A DNA stretch of 64,000 nucleotides from Myxococcales bacterium (GTDB lineage: Bacteria > Myxococcota > Myxococcia > Myxococcales > Myxococcaceae), in contig JAUYSO010000017.1 of the NCBI GenBank assembly GCA_030696265.1, positions 8,368-72,367 on the forward strand. The letters are read 5' to 3'. The stretch's first letter is position 1. Every line of letters begins with the position of its first letter. A program made the position numbers and the translations under genes. The notes below the pieces were generated by a model, which was not told where the DNA came from, did not search any database, and saw only the letters and a program-made list of their open reading frames with translations. Shown here piece by piece: positions 18,416-27,133 of the stretch.

Positions 18416-18969
18416 CGCGCACCCCCCTTCGCGGCCGAACGAATGCGCGCGAGGAAGACGTCTTCGAAGCCCAGGGTCTCGAGCTCGTCGACGGGCCGAA
18501 TGACACCGCGCCTACCCGGGGTCGCGAGCGAGACCCCCGAGAGGTCGCGCACGGCGAGCCGCTTGCCACCCCTGCTCACCAGCGACACCTTCGCGGCCGT
18601 CATCGCGAACGGCACGAAGGCGTTGGCCTCGTCGGCGGCCGGCTCGAGGAAGAGCACCACGTCTTCGCCCGGCGTGAAGAGGGCCGCGCCCGACACCTTC
18701 TCACCGATGTTGCCGATGACGCCGCCGGGCTGCTTCACCAGCACCGAGGTGCGCGGCGCGCCCTTGATGGTCTCGTGGACGACGACCTCGCTGTACGTCC
18801 AGATCTTCGTGCGCCCCTCGGCCCACTGGGTGTCGACGCGGTGCACGCTGCCGCGCACCACGAGGGGAGAGCGGGTGGTCATCTCCTCCATCGACATCGC
18901 GATGACGACGGTCGCGAAGACGGAGAGCGGCGCGAGCAGCGCCAGGACGACGAGGGGGCGGCGAGACAT
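18412..18969 (-). CDS. hypothetical membrane-anchored periplasmic protein, translationally coupled to the downstream metalloprotease
   Basis: Start MSRRPLVVLALLAPLSVFATVVIAM inside ORF 18412..19419, with GGAG upstream. Its stop overlaps the protease start as ATGA. Confidence 0.6.
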   Translation of the reverse strand: MSRRPLVVLALLAPLSVFATVVIAMSMEEMTTRSPLVVRGSVHRVDTQWAEGRTKIWTYSEVVVHETIKGAPRTSVLVKQPGGVIGNIGEKVSGAALFTPGEDVVLFLEPAADEANAFVPFAMTAAKVSLVSRGGKRLAVRDLSGVSLATPGRRGVIRPVDELETLGFEDVFLARIRSAAKGGAR

Positions 18970-19068
18970 GAGGTGACTCCTGCCTTCCCCGGCCGGGACG
19001 GCGACGGCCCTGTGTAGCGAGGCTGCAAAGGATTGCCAACCGGACTGGGGCCACGTCAGAAGCCCCCC

Positions 19069-19740
19069 ATGACACGACGGTTCTTCGTCACGGGCACCGA
19101 CACCGGGGTGGGCAAGACGCAGGTGAGTGCGTCGCTGCTCCGATTGTTGGCAAAACGAGGCCTCGAGCCGTTCGCGTTCAAGCCGTTCGAGAGCGGCATG
19201 GCGTCGAGAGACGCGCCGGCCGATGGCCTGGCGCTGCAGCGCGCGGCGGGCGGGTGGCAACCGATGGAGACGGTGACGCTGTTTCGCTTCCACGCGCCGC
19301 TCGCGCCAGGCATCGCCGCGAAGCTCGAGCGCCGGAAGACGTCGTGGCGCCGCGTCGTCACGGGGTTCCGCGCGTTCGGGAAGAAGGCCGGCGTCGTCGA
19401 GGGCGCCGGCGGGCTGCACGTGCCGCTCGATGCGTCACACGACGTCATCGACGCCATCGACGCGTTGGGGCTGCCGGTCGTCGTCGTCGCGCGCGCCGGC
19501 CTTGGCACCATCAACCACACGACGCTGACGTTGAACGCGTTGGTGGAGCGGCGCCTGCGGGTCGCGGCCGTCGTCCTCGTGCACTCGACAAAAGAGGCGG
19601 ACGCGTCGACACCTCACAATCGCGGGGAGCTCGAGCGACGCTTCCCGCGGGTTCGGTTCATTGGACCGATTCCGTTCGAGCGTAGCGAGTCGCGCCGTCG
19701 CGAAGCGTTCGACGAAGCGCTCTCGTCGCTGGTCGAGTGA
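19069..19740 (+). CDS. bioD: dethiobiotin synthetase
   Basis: P-loop FFVTGTDTGVGKT. Size ~220 aa. No other bio genes nearby. Confidence 0.8.
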   Translation: MTRRFFVTGTDTGVGKTQVSASLLRLLAKRGLEPFAFKPFESGMASRDAPADGLALQRAAGGWQPMETVTLFRFHAPLAPGIAAKLERRKTSWRRVVTGFRAFGKKAGVVEGAGGLHVPLDASHDVIDAIDALGLPVVVVARAGLGTINHTTLTLNALVERRLRVAAVVLVHSTKEADASTPHNRGELERRFPRVRFIGPIPFERSESRRREAFDEALSSLVE

Positions 19741-19743
19741 CGG

Positions 19744-21327
19744 CTACGGACAGCCCACGTACGCGAAGTACAGCTCGGTGTTGCCGGCCGGCGCATTGCG
19801 ATCGTCACGCCAGCAGAACGCGAAGGTGTTGCCGTTCCACAGCGCGGTCGTGAACGTGGACGAGCCCGAGCCGCTCGAGAGCCGCAGATCGCTTCCGTTC
19901 TTCACGCCGGTGCCCGACAGCTGCATGAAATAAATGGCCGGCCGGCCCATGGTGACGCGCTCGTCCTGCCACGAGACGCCGTACTCGAAGCCGTTCCAGT
20001 CGATGCTGGCGTAGCCCGAGAAGCCGGCCGCGTTGGTGAGGCGCACCTCGGCGCCAAGTTTCTGGCCCGCGTCCGACAGGCGCTGGAAGTACACCTCGGC
20101 GTTGCCGTCACGCGTGTCGTGCCAGACCAGGGCCCACTCGGCGCGGTCAGGGTTCCACGCGAGGTCGGCCCAGGCCGAGTCGGCGGCGTTGTTGGTGATG
20201 CGCAGCTCGGCGCCCACCGGAGTGCCGTCGACGGCGAGCCTGCGGAAGTAGATCTCACGATTACCGTCACGCCAGTCGGTCCACGCGAGGCCGAAGCCCT
20301 GCCCGCTCCACTTGAGGATGGGGTAGCTCTGACGCTGCGGGTCGGTGGTGACGCGCACCTCGTTCCCCAGGCGCGTGCCGTTGGTGTCGAAGCGCATGAA
20401 GAAGAGGTCTTGCCGGTTGTTGCCGGCGCGCTCGTCTTCCCACACCATCGCGAACTCGGTGCCGGTCCACACGACGTCGGGCCAGTCGGAGTCGAGCGGC
20501 GCGCTGGTCAGTCGCACCGGAGCCCCGAGCGGCTGGCCGGTGTTTGAGATGGCCCGGTAATACAGCTCGAGGTTGTCGACGGAGTCGTCTGCGTAGACCA
20601 GCCCCCAGCGTGAGCCGGTGAAGGCCAGCGCCGGGTGCGTCGAGATGCCGGGCGTGGTGCTGACGCGAACGTCTCCGCCTCGTCGCGCGCCCTGCTTGTC
20701 GAGGGTGGTGAAGTAGATGTCGCCCTTCATCGACGCGCCGTCACGCGTGTCCTGCCAGGCGAGGCCGAAGCCATTCGTTGCAGACGCGATGTAGACGAAG
20801 TCGGTCGTGGCCGGATCGTTGGTGAGGCGCAGGTCGCCAGAAGCGTTGGTGAGCAGGCCCTCGTCGACGGTGCCGTCGCAATCGTCGTCTTTGCCGTTGC
20901 ACGTCTCGGTGGCCGGCATGCCAGGCGTGCAGGTCTGCGCGGAGCCCATGGCGCACGTCGACTGAACGATGGCGCACTCTCCGACGCCGCACATCGCCGG
21001 CATCAGGTTCTCATCGATGGCGCCGTTGCAGTCGTCGTCGAGGCCGTTGCACGTCTCAGCGGTCGGAGCTCCCGGCGTGCAGGTCTGCGGCGCGCCCTGG
21101 AAGCAGGCGGAGATGGCCCGTTTGCACGCGCCAACGCCGCACTCGACCGACGGCTGCTCCTCGTCGACCAGCAGGTCGCAGTCGTCGTCGAGGCCGTTGC
21201 AGAGCTCGACGGTGGGAATGCACTCGGGCGGCAGGCCGGCGTCTTCTGCGCTGACGAGCTGAATGCGCGGGCCAGAGCAGGTGCAGCCCGTGAGGGAGAG
21301 GAGGAGGAAGAGACCGACCACTCGCAT
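19744..21327 (-). CDS. lipoprotein with three Cys-rich CNGxDDDCxG metal-binding-motif repeats and seven ~45-aa beta-propeller-like repeats
   Basis: Lipobox LLLSLTGCT. Repeats ETCNGLDDDCNGAIDE x3. Blade-like repeats contain DIYFTTL, ELYYRAI, DLFFMRF, EIYFRRL, EVYFQRL, AIYFMQL, ELYFAYV. Confidence 0.75.
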   Translation of the reverse strand: MRVVGLFLLLSLTGCTCSGPRIQLVSAEDAGLPPECIPTVELCNGLDDDCDLLVDEEQPSVECGVGACKRAISACFQGAPQTCTPGAPTAETCNGLDDDCNGAIDENLMPAMCGVGECAIVQSTCAMGSAQTCTPGMPATETCNGKDDDCDGTVDEGLLTNASGDLRLTNDPATTDFVYIASATNGFGLAWQDTRDGASMKGDIYFTTLDKQGARRGGDVRVSTTPGISTHPALAFTGSRWGLVYADDSVDNLELYYRAISNTGQPLGAPVRLTSAPLDSDWPDVVWTGTEFAMVWEDERAGNNRQDLFFMRFDTNGTRLGNEVRVTTDPQRQSYPILKWSGQGFGLAWTDWRDGNREIYFRRLAVDGTPVGAELRITNNAADSAWADLAWNPDRAEWALVWHDTRDGNAEVYFQRLSDAGQKLGAEVRLTNAAGFSGYASIDWNGFEYGVSWQDERVTMGRPAIYFMQLSGTGVKNGSDLRLSSGSGSSTFTTALWNGNTFAFCWRDDRNAPAGNTELYFAYVGCP

Positions 21328-21458
21328 GGCCGGTGCTGTCTCATGGATCGCCAGACGAAGTCACTTCACAGGCTGGTCACGATTTCTCGTGCGACGAGAA
21401 CGACTGTGAAGGCGCAGCACCTTTGAACGTGAGCCCGGTCTGCGGTCTGCTGTGGCGC

Positions 21459-21926
21459 ATGTCACTGCTCGACGCCGTTGCTTCAGAGAACCTCGAGACG
21501 ATTCAGCGCGCCGTCTCGGCCACGAAAGACGTGAACGAGCTCGGCCCCGGCAAGACGACGCCGCTCATCGAGGCCGCGCGACGGGGAATGACGCACGCGG
21601 TGAAGCTGCTGCTCGCGGCAGGCGCCGAGGTGACGTGGCGCGACGACGAGCAGGAGACGGCAATTCTGAAGGCTGGCGCAAATGGGCACAGCGAGGTCGT
21701 CGCGATGCTGGCGCCGCTATCGAGCGAAGAGGACCGCGACCTGGCGAACAGCTTCCTCGCGGCGTTCGGCGCCTCGCATGCGCCGGAGTACCAGTACGAC
21801 GCATCACGGCTGCACAAGAAGGTGGTCGAGGTGGCGGCGCGTGCGGCGAACTTCGTCGGGCATGAGGACCCGTTGAAGCGGCTCGAGCGGAACGAGCGGT
21901 CGAAGGACTTGAAGACGAAGAAATAG
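21459..21926 (+). CDS. ankyrin-repeat protein
   Basis: GKTTPLIEAARRGMTHAVKLLLAAGAEV and AILKAGANGHSEVVAMLA are ankyrin-repeat signatures. Start is the internal ATG of ORF 21333..21926. Confidence 0.65.
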   Translation: MSLLDAVASENLETIQRAVSATKDVNELGPGKTTPLIEAARRGMTHAVKLLLAAGAEVTWRDDEQETAILKAGANGHSEVVAMLAPLSSEEDRDLANSFLAAFGASHAPEYQYDASRLHKKVVEVAARAANFVGHEDPLKRLERNERSKDLKTKK

Positions 21927-22058
21927 GCGGCGCTCAGCGGGCCTTCACGCACTTCGCGGTGGTCGCTGCCGAGTGTGCGCACGCCTCGGCCTCGCGGCTC
22001 CGGTCCATGCAGTGGCGACATCGGCCGGCTGCGAGCTCGGCGCCGGCGCAGTCGTCAT

Positions 22059-22466
22059 TCACCGGACACCCGCGTCGAGCAGCTCGCGCGCGACCTTCTC
22101 GGCCGCACGGTCGATCGCGCGGTCGACCTGCTTGCAGTCGAGCACCGACCACTCCTGTCGATACCGGTTGAGCAGCTGCTCACGCTCGGCAGGCGGCGTC
22201 TTCTCCTTCTCGAGCTGTTGGCGGAGAACCACGATCTCGGCCTCGAGCTGCTCGCCGCGCGCGCACGAGAGGGTCTGGGCGTCGAACGCCTTGCACTCGA
22301 TGACCCACTTCGCGCCGATGCGCTCCACGGCGTTCGGGAATTGCCGGAAGAACGGAGGCGGCTCACCTTTGAGCTCACGCGCCGCGTAGGCCTTCCAGAC
22401 GGTGGGCCAGAGCTGCTCGCAGGAGAGCGGCGCGGAAGAGACCAGCAGCGAGAGGAGGAGCGACAT
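22059..22466 (-). CDS. hypothetical secreted protein
   Basis: Signal peptide MSLLLSLLVSSAPLSC. Coiled-coil-like charged C-terminus. Confidence 0.5.
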   Translation of the reverse strand: MSLLLSLLVSSAPLSCEQLWPTVWKAYAARELKGEPPPFFRQFPNAVERIGAKWVIECKAFDAQTLSCARGEQLEAEIVVLRQQLEKEKTPPAEREQLLNRYRQEWSVLDCKQVDRAIDRAAEKVARELLDAGVR

Positions 22467-22609
22467 GCGTTGCAGTCTCTCACGTCGCCACCGTGTCACG
22501 ACCGGCCAACCGCTTCGAATCGTCACCTGGTCACTTTGTGTGCGACAGACTCGGCGCACCGGCGTCGTATGAGGTCACGCTCCACTCGACGCTCTGAGGT
22601 CTCACACCC

Positions 22610-23260
22610 ATGAAACCCTTCATCAGGCTTCCCGCTCTGGCATTCTTCATTCTCTGCTCGAGCTGCGTCACCCCACTCTCGGGGTCACTGCGCTTGTCGG
22701 AGCGCCCCCTGCCACTCGTGGCAGGGCCGGCAACGGCGCGGCTCGTGTTCGTCCGTCCCGATCGATTCATGGGGAGCGCTATCGGCGCCTATTTCGTCGA
22801 CGTCTCGACGAAGCGGGTGCTCGGAAAGTCGGTCAATCAGACCGCGTTCGCGGTCGACGTCGAGCCTGGCTCGCACCTGATCTGTCCCGTCCCGACCTTC
22901 GACCAGGCCTCCTCCCGCATCGGGCCTGCAACCGCACCGGTGCTGGGCACCACCGTGCCGATGACGCGCATCACGGTCGAGGCGGGCCGCACCTATCTCT
23001 TCCGGGTGTCCGTGGGTTGGGGGCCGAGGATCGAGGCGATTCCCTCGAGGCCCGACACCCTTCGGGAGAAGGCGCTCCTCGAGACGCTTCGGGACGTTCG
23101 GCACGTCGAGCTGGCTCCGAAGGTGGACGAACTTCCCGGTGACGAGCTGGGCGAGTGGCTCGACCTGTGCCGCTTGTCCTCCAGCGATGACCTGCGCCTG
23201 AGCACCCAGCCCGACGAAGGCCGCGTGAGCGTTGCCCCGACGCCGCCGCTCGCGCCTTGA
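22610..23260 (+). CDS. hypothetical lipoprotein
   Basis: Lipobox FFILCSSC after MKPFIRLPALA. Beta-rich. Confidence 0.6.
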   Translation: MKPFIRLPALAFFILCSSCVTPLSGSLRLSERPLPLVAGPATARLVFVRPDRFMGSAIGAYFVDVSTKRVLGKSVNQTAFAVDVEPGSHLICPVPTFDQASSRIGPATAPVLGTTVPMTRITVEAGRTYLFRVSVGWGPRIEAIPSRPDTLREKALLETLRDVRHVELAPKVDELPGDELGEWLDLCRLSSSDDLRLSTQPDEGRVSVAPTPPLAP

Positions 23261-23357
23261 GTCTGCACAGGCGTGTGTTCAGGCCGTTTGCACAGCAGCA
23301 CGTGCGGGACTGCGATCGGCGACGGCGCGAGTCTCGGCGCCGTCTGAGTCGGGAGCT

Positions 23358-23969
23358 CTAGGCGGCGACGCGCAGGTCCGGCCTCTTCGCCGCGGCCGCC
23401 TTCGACTGCTTCCGCACGTCCCACGCTTCTTTGAGCCCATCGATGGCGCGGCCGAGCAGGCCCTTCTTCTGCGACGCGGGAGCGTGCTCCTCACCCGGGC
23501 CACGGGCGCCGTACTCGTAGATCTTCCGCGTGCCCATGATGTGGTCGAACCACGGGTGGGTGACGCACCAGTTCGCGTTCTGGTCCTTGCCCATGTGGTG
23601 ATCGTAGTGCCACGGCATGTGCTGCTTCGCCCACTGGTGGTCGAGGTGCGACTTCTTGTGGAGCACGTAGTACCGGTGCATTCGGTACCAGACGGTGGCG
23701 GTGAAGAATGGCGCCACCGGGAACATGGGCACCATCGCCACCGCGCCGAGCGACAACGCGAGCGCTTCTTTTCCCTGCGGCGACCACGTCAGCACGCTCT
23801 TCACGTACTGCGAGTCGAACATGTCGTTCTTGCGCGACTCGCGGTGGTGCTCGTGCCAGTGAAAGGCCCAGAAGCTCTTCTTGTTCTTGCCCAGCCCATG
23901 CAGCCAATACTTGTGAATCAGCCACTCGCCTGCGTTCGACGCCGCCAGCGCCACGGGAATGCCAATCAT
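23358..23969 (-). CDS. fatty acid hydroxylase / sterol desaturase superfamily membrane protein
   Basis: His-box motifs HWHEHH, HKKSH, HYDHH. Start at MIGIPVALAAS to avoid overlapping the divergent TetR gene. Confidence 0.65.
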   Translation of the reverse strand: MIGIPVALAASNAGEWLIHKYWLHGLGKNKKSFWAFHWHEHHRESRKNDMFDSQYVKSVLTWSPQGKEALALSLGAVAMVPMFPVAPFFTATVWYRMHRYYVLHKKSHLDHQWAKQHMPWHYDHHMGKDQNANWCVTHPWFDHIMGTRKIYEYGARGPGEEHAPASQKKGLLGRAIDGLKEAWDVRKQSKAAAAKRPDLRVAA

Positions 23970-24004
23970 CTGCGGGCTCCTCTCTTCGTGTTGGGAGTAG
24001 AACA

Positions 24005-24697
24005 ATGACCAAACGGTCACGACAAAACAAGCCCCCGGCGAAGAAAAAGACAGCCATCGAGGCCGAGGTGCGTCGCCCGGGGCCGGTTGGCGGGGTGCGC
24101 GACACCAACCGCAGGGAGAAGGCCGCCGCGATCAAAGAGGCGGCGCTCCACCTGTTCCTGGAGCGCGGCATCGACGCGGTGAGCGTCGACGACATCATGA
24201 GCCGCGCGGGTATGGCGAAGGGCGGCTTCTACCGGTACTTCGAGACGCAGACCGCGCTGGTGACCGAGATCATCGACGGCGCGCGGAAGTTGATGACGGA
24301 CGCGCTCGAGACCTGCAGCGTCGACCTTCGCACCGCCTCGACGCGTGACGCGCAGTTCGCCGCGTACCGAAAAGTCGGTGACGTGGTGGCGACGTTGCTG
24401 ATGGAGCACCCCGGCGAGGTGCGCCTCTATCTCCAGGAGTGCCGCGCTCCCGACAACGGCCCGCGTGGCCCCATCGTCGAGCTCTCACGCACCGTCTCGA
24501 AGTACGCCATCAGCATCACGGCGCAGGCGCAGGGCCACGGCATCTTGAAGCCGATTCCGGTGCCGGTGAGCGCGCTGACGGTCGTGGGCGCCTCCGAACG
24601 ACTGCTGCTCGCGGTGCTGCAGGAGGAGGACATCGGCAACCCGCTCGAAGTTCCAGAGGCGCTCGCGACGCTGATCCTCGACGGGCTCAAGGCGTGA
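24005..24697 (+). CDS. TetR family transcriptional regulator
   Basis: N-terminal HTH KEAALHLFLERGIDAVSVDDIMSRAGMAKGGFYRYFETQ. Divergent from the hydroxylase gene, 35-nt intergenic. Confidence 0.85.
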   Translation: MTKRSRQNKPPAKKKTAIEAEVRRPGPVGGVRDTNRREKAAAIKEAALHLFLERGIDAVSVDDIMSRAGMAKGGFYRYFETQTALVTEIIDGARKLMTDALETCSVDLRTASTRDAQFAAYRKVGDVVATLLMEHPGEVRLYLQECRAPDNGPRGPIVELSRTVSKYAISITAQAQGHGILKPIPVPVSALTVVGASERLLLAVLQEEDIGNPLEVPEALATLILDGLKA

Positions 24698-24767
24698 ATT
24701 CGGGCACACCCGTTCGAGCAGGCTTCGGGCGGTGACGGCCAGTCGGCGGTAGGGTTGAGGCCACACC

Positions 24768-25910
24768 GTGAAGCCGCGCGACGACACACTGTCTTTGTGG
24801 GCGCTCGTCATCAGCCTCGGGCTGCATGGCGGGGCCGCGCTCGTCGTCGCGTTCACGCCCGATCGCGTTCCACCCAGCTCGAGCAGCACCGGCATGACGT
24901 TGGTGGAGATCAGCATCGAGGAGCCGCAGCCGCCGGTGGTCGAGCCGCCACAGCCTCCCGAGCCGAAGGTCTCGCCGCGCGTCGACAAACGCGCGCCGAA
25001 GGTGGTGCCGAAAGCCGCCACGCCCGAGCCGACCCCGGCGCTCCAGAACGATCGGCCGCAGGTCGACGTCCCCGCGACCGAGCCGCTGCGTGCTCCGACG
25101 CCAGACCGGCCAAGCCTCATTCCCGGCGGCGCCTTCGCGCTCTCCCTCGACGCCGGGGTCTTCGAGCCTGACGACGAGCCGCGCGGCCTGCACGCGCCGT
25201 CGGTTTCGAAGGATCTCGTCGGAGCGCTGACGAAGGAGACCATCGGCCGGGGCAAGGTCGATCGCGGCCTCGTGCACCCGTATTACGTGACGCTCGGCAA
25301 GGCGCTCATCAAGAACTGGGACGCCGACCGCGCCGTCTCGAAGAAAGGCCTCGCGGGCTTCGGTGAGCAGTTCGTGCAGAACTCGAAGGTGTTCAACGAG
25401 ATCTGGCTCGACCGCGCGTCGCAGTTCGGCGCCACCGGCGCGCCGATGGATGCGCCCGTCTCGAACGACAACGCGTCACGAAGGACGGCGACGGTGACGA
25501 ACAACATTCAGGGCATCGGCGGCGTCGATCTCGAGGCCAGGAAAGAGGTCTCTCGTCAGATGCGGGAGCAGTTCAAGGCCACCCGCCGCGCCACCATTCG
25601 CGTCACCCAGAACACCGACGGGCGGCTGGTGAAGGTCGAGCTCGTCGCGCCCTCGAACGACGCCGCCGTCGACAAAGAGGCGATGGCCGACGTGCGCGCC
25701 GCCGCCGAGAAGCTGCCCCCGCCACCCGCCGAGGCGCTCGAGGGCCGCACCGAGCTGATCAGCACCTGGGCCTTCGAGCTCGTCGTGAGCATCTCGCCGC
25801 CCATCCCCACCTTCACCTTCGAGTTCGACGAGGCGCTCGGCTTCATCGACGCGCGGCTTCCCCTCGACCGGCGCATCTACAAGAAGGTGCGCCTCGTCTC
25901 AGTGGACTGA
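24768..25910 (+). CDS. TonB family protein (N-terminal TM anchor, Pro-rich spacer, C-terminal TonB-like domain)
   Basis: GTG start with GAGG 7 nt upstream. TM helix LWALVISLGLHGGAALVVAF. PPVVEPPQPPEPK. C-terminal RVTQNTDGRLVKVELVAPSNDAAVDKEAMADVRAAAEKLPPPP. Confidence 0.55.
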   Translation: MKPRDDTLSLWALVISLGLHGGAALVVAFTPDRVPPSSSSTGMTLVEISIEEPQPPVVEPPQPPEPKVSPRVDKRAPKVVPKAATPEPTPALQNDRPQVDVPATEPLRAPTPDRPSLIPGGAFALSLDAGVFEPDDEPRGLHAPSVSKDLVGALTKETIGRGKVDRGLVHPYYVTLGKALIKNWDADRAVSKKGLAGFGEQFVQNSKVFNEIWLDRASQFGATGAPMDAPVSNDNASRRTATVTNNIQGIGGVDLEARKEVSRQMREQFKATRRATIRVTQNTDGRLVKVELVAPSNDAAVDKEAMADVRAAAEKLPPPPAEALEGRTELISTWAFELVVSISPPIPTFTFEFDEALGFIDARLPLDRRIYKKVRLVSVD

Positions 25911-25917
25911 ACCTTTC

Positions 25918-26367
25918 ATGGCCGACAAACGACGCTTCGATCTCTTCGCCGAGCTGCTCGTCACCCGCTTCCCCGAGGTCAAGCGCGTGTTCGACGTGGC
26001 CGGTGGCATGGGGAAGCTGAACGAAGCGCTCGTCGCGCGGGGGCGCTCCTGTCTGACCTTCGACCGCCGGCACAAACACCTGCCCGTCGAATACGCCGAG
26101 CGTGACTTCACCCTCGACGAGCCGTGCACCGCCGACGCGGTGGTGGGCATGCACGCCGACGGCGCGACACGAGTCATCATCGAATACGCGGCGAAGCACG
26201 GCCTGCCGTTCGCCGTCGTGCCCTGCTGCTCCGACAACTCGATGCCCTACAAGCCGTGGATGCGGCACCTGGCAGAGCTCGGCACCTCATTGGGAATGAC
26301 GGTCGACGAAGTGACGCTCCCGATGGAAGGCCGCGCCCGGGTCATCATCGGCCAACGCGGAGTTTGA
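25918..26367 (+). CDS. small class-I (Rossmann) SAM-dependent methyltransferase-like protein
   Basis: Motif I VFDVAGGMGKL; acidic beta2 terminus TFD. 8 nt after the TonB-family gene. Confidence 0.45.
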   Translation: MADKRRFDLFAELLVTRFPEVKRVFDVAGGMGKLNEALVARGRSCLTFDRRHKHLPVEYAERDFTLDEPCTADAVVGMHADGATRVIIEYAAKHGLPFAVVPCCSDNSMPYKPWMRHLAELGTSLGMTVDEVTLPMEGRARVIIGQRGV

Positions 26368-26399
26368 CCTTCGTCAACTCCGTGATTGGGTTCGCTCCC

Positions 26400-27047
26400 A
26401 TGAATCCAACGCTTCGACTCTCGACGCTCGTCCTCTTCATTTCTGCCTGTGGTCCCGTCATGACGGAGCCCGATGCCGGGAGCACCGGCGGTGGTCTCGC
26501 TGCAGGCGGGGGCTCGGCAGGTGGCTCGGCGGCGGGTGGCTCGGCGGCGGGTGGCTCGGCGGCAGGTGGCTCGGCGGCGGGCGGCTCCGCGGCAGGCGGC
26601 TCCGCGGCAGGCGGCTCGGCGGCTGGTGGCTCGGCGGCTGGCGGCTCGGCGGCAGGTGGCTCGGCGGCAGGCGGCTCGGCAGCGGGTGGCTCGGCAGCGG
26701 GTGGCTCGGCAGCAGGTGGCTCGGCGGCAGGTGGCGCTGCCGGAGGGGGAACCGCACAAGTCAGCTTCATGTCGCAGGTCGCACCGATTCTCGCGGCACG
26801 ATGTAGCACCTGCCATTCGACCGACACCGTCGCCGCAGCCAACACCTACGTGCGCGGCACGAGCTCATGCGGTGGCCCGCGCCTCGTCGCGAGCGACGCC
26901 ACGGCGAGCTTGCTCTTCCAGAAAGTCGCAGGGACGCAGACGTGTGGCGGACGTATGCCCCGAGGCTGCTCGGGCAATTCCTGTCTGCCTCAAGTGCAGA
27001 TCGACCTCATTCGCGACTGGATCAACGCCGGCGCGCCCAACAACTAG
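26400..27047 (+). CDS. lipoprotein with (GGSAA)n linker and a C-terminal c-type-heme (CxxCH, PSCyt1-like) domain
   Basis: Lipobox LFISACG. About 16 GGSAAGGSAA repeats. VAPILAARCSTCHS has a CxxCH heme-binding motif. Confidence 0.55.
   Translation: MNPTLRLSTLVLFISACGPVMTEPDAGSTGGGLAAGGGSAGGSAAGGSAAGGSAAGGSAAGGSAAGGSAAGGSAAGGSAAGGSAAGGSAAGGSAAGGSAAGGSAAGGSAAGGAAGGGTAQVSFMSQVAPILAARCSTCHSTDTVAAANTYVRGTSSCGGPRLVASDATASLLFQKVAGTQTCGGRMPRGCSGNSCLPQVQIDLIRDWINAGAPNN
26496..26750 (+). repeat. intragenic tandem repeat, 15-nt period (ggctcggcggcgggt), about 16 copies
   Basis: Near-perfect 15-mer iterations encoding GGSAA. Confidence 0.85.
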
Positions 27048-27133
27048 GTTTCAGTGGCGTCACCTTGCCGTTTCCTGACGAGTGAAAGGGTCACGATCCT
27101 GCCTGCTGTTTGCGGGTAGGGTGGCGCCGCTCG

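Noticed and set aside
21934-22152. 72-aa Cys-containing minus-strand ORF between the ankyrin gene and the 22059..22466 gene
   Set aside because: It overlaps the 3' end of the better-supported 22059..22466 CDS in another frame, and has no start context or conservation signal. The hairpin GCCGAGtgtgcgcacgcCTCGGC at about 21975-21997 could be a terminator for the convergent genes, but it lacks a U-tract, so it is not called.
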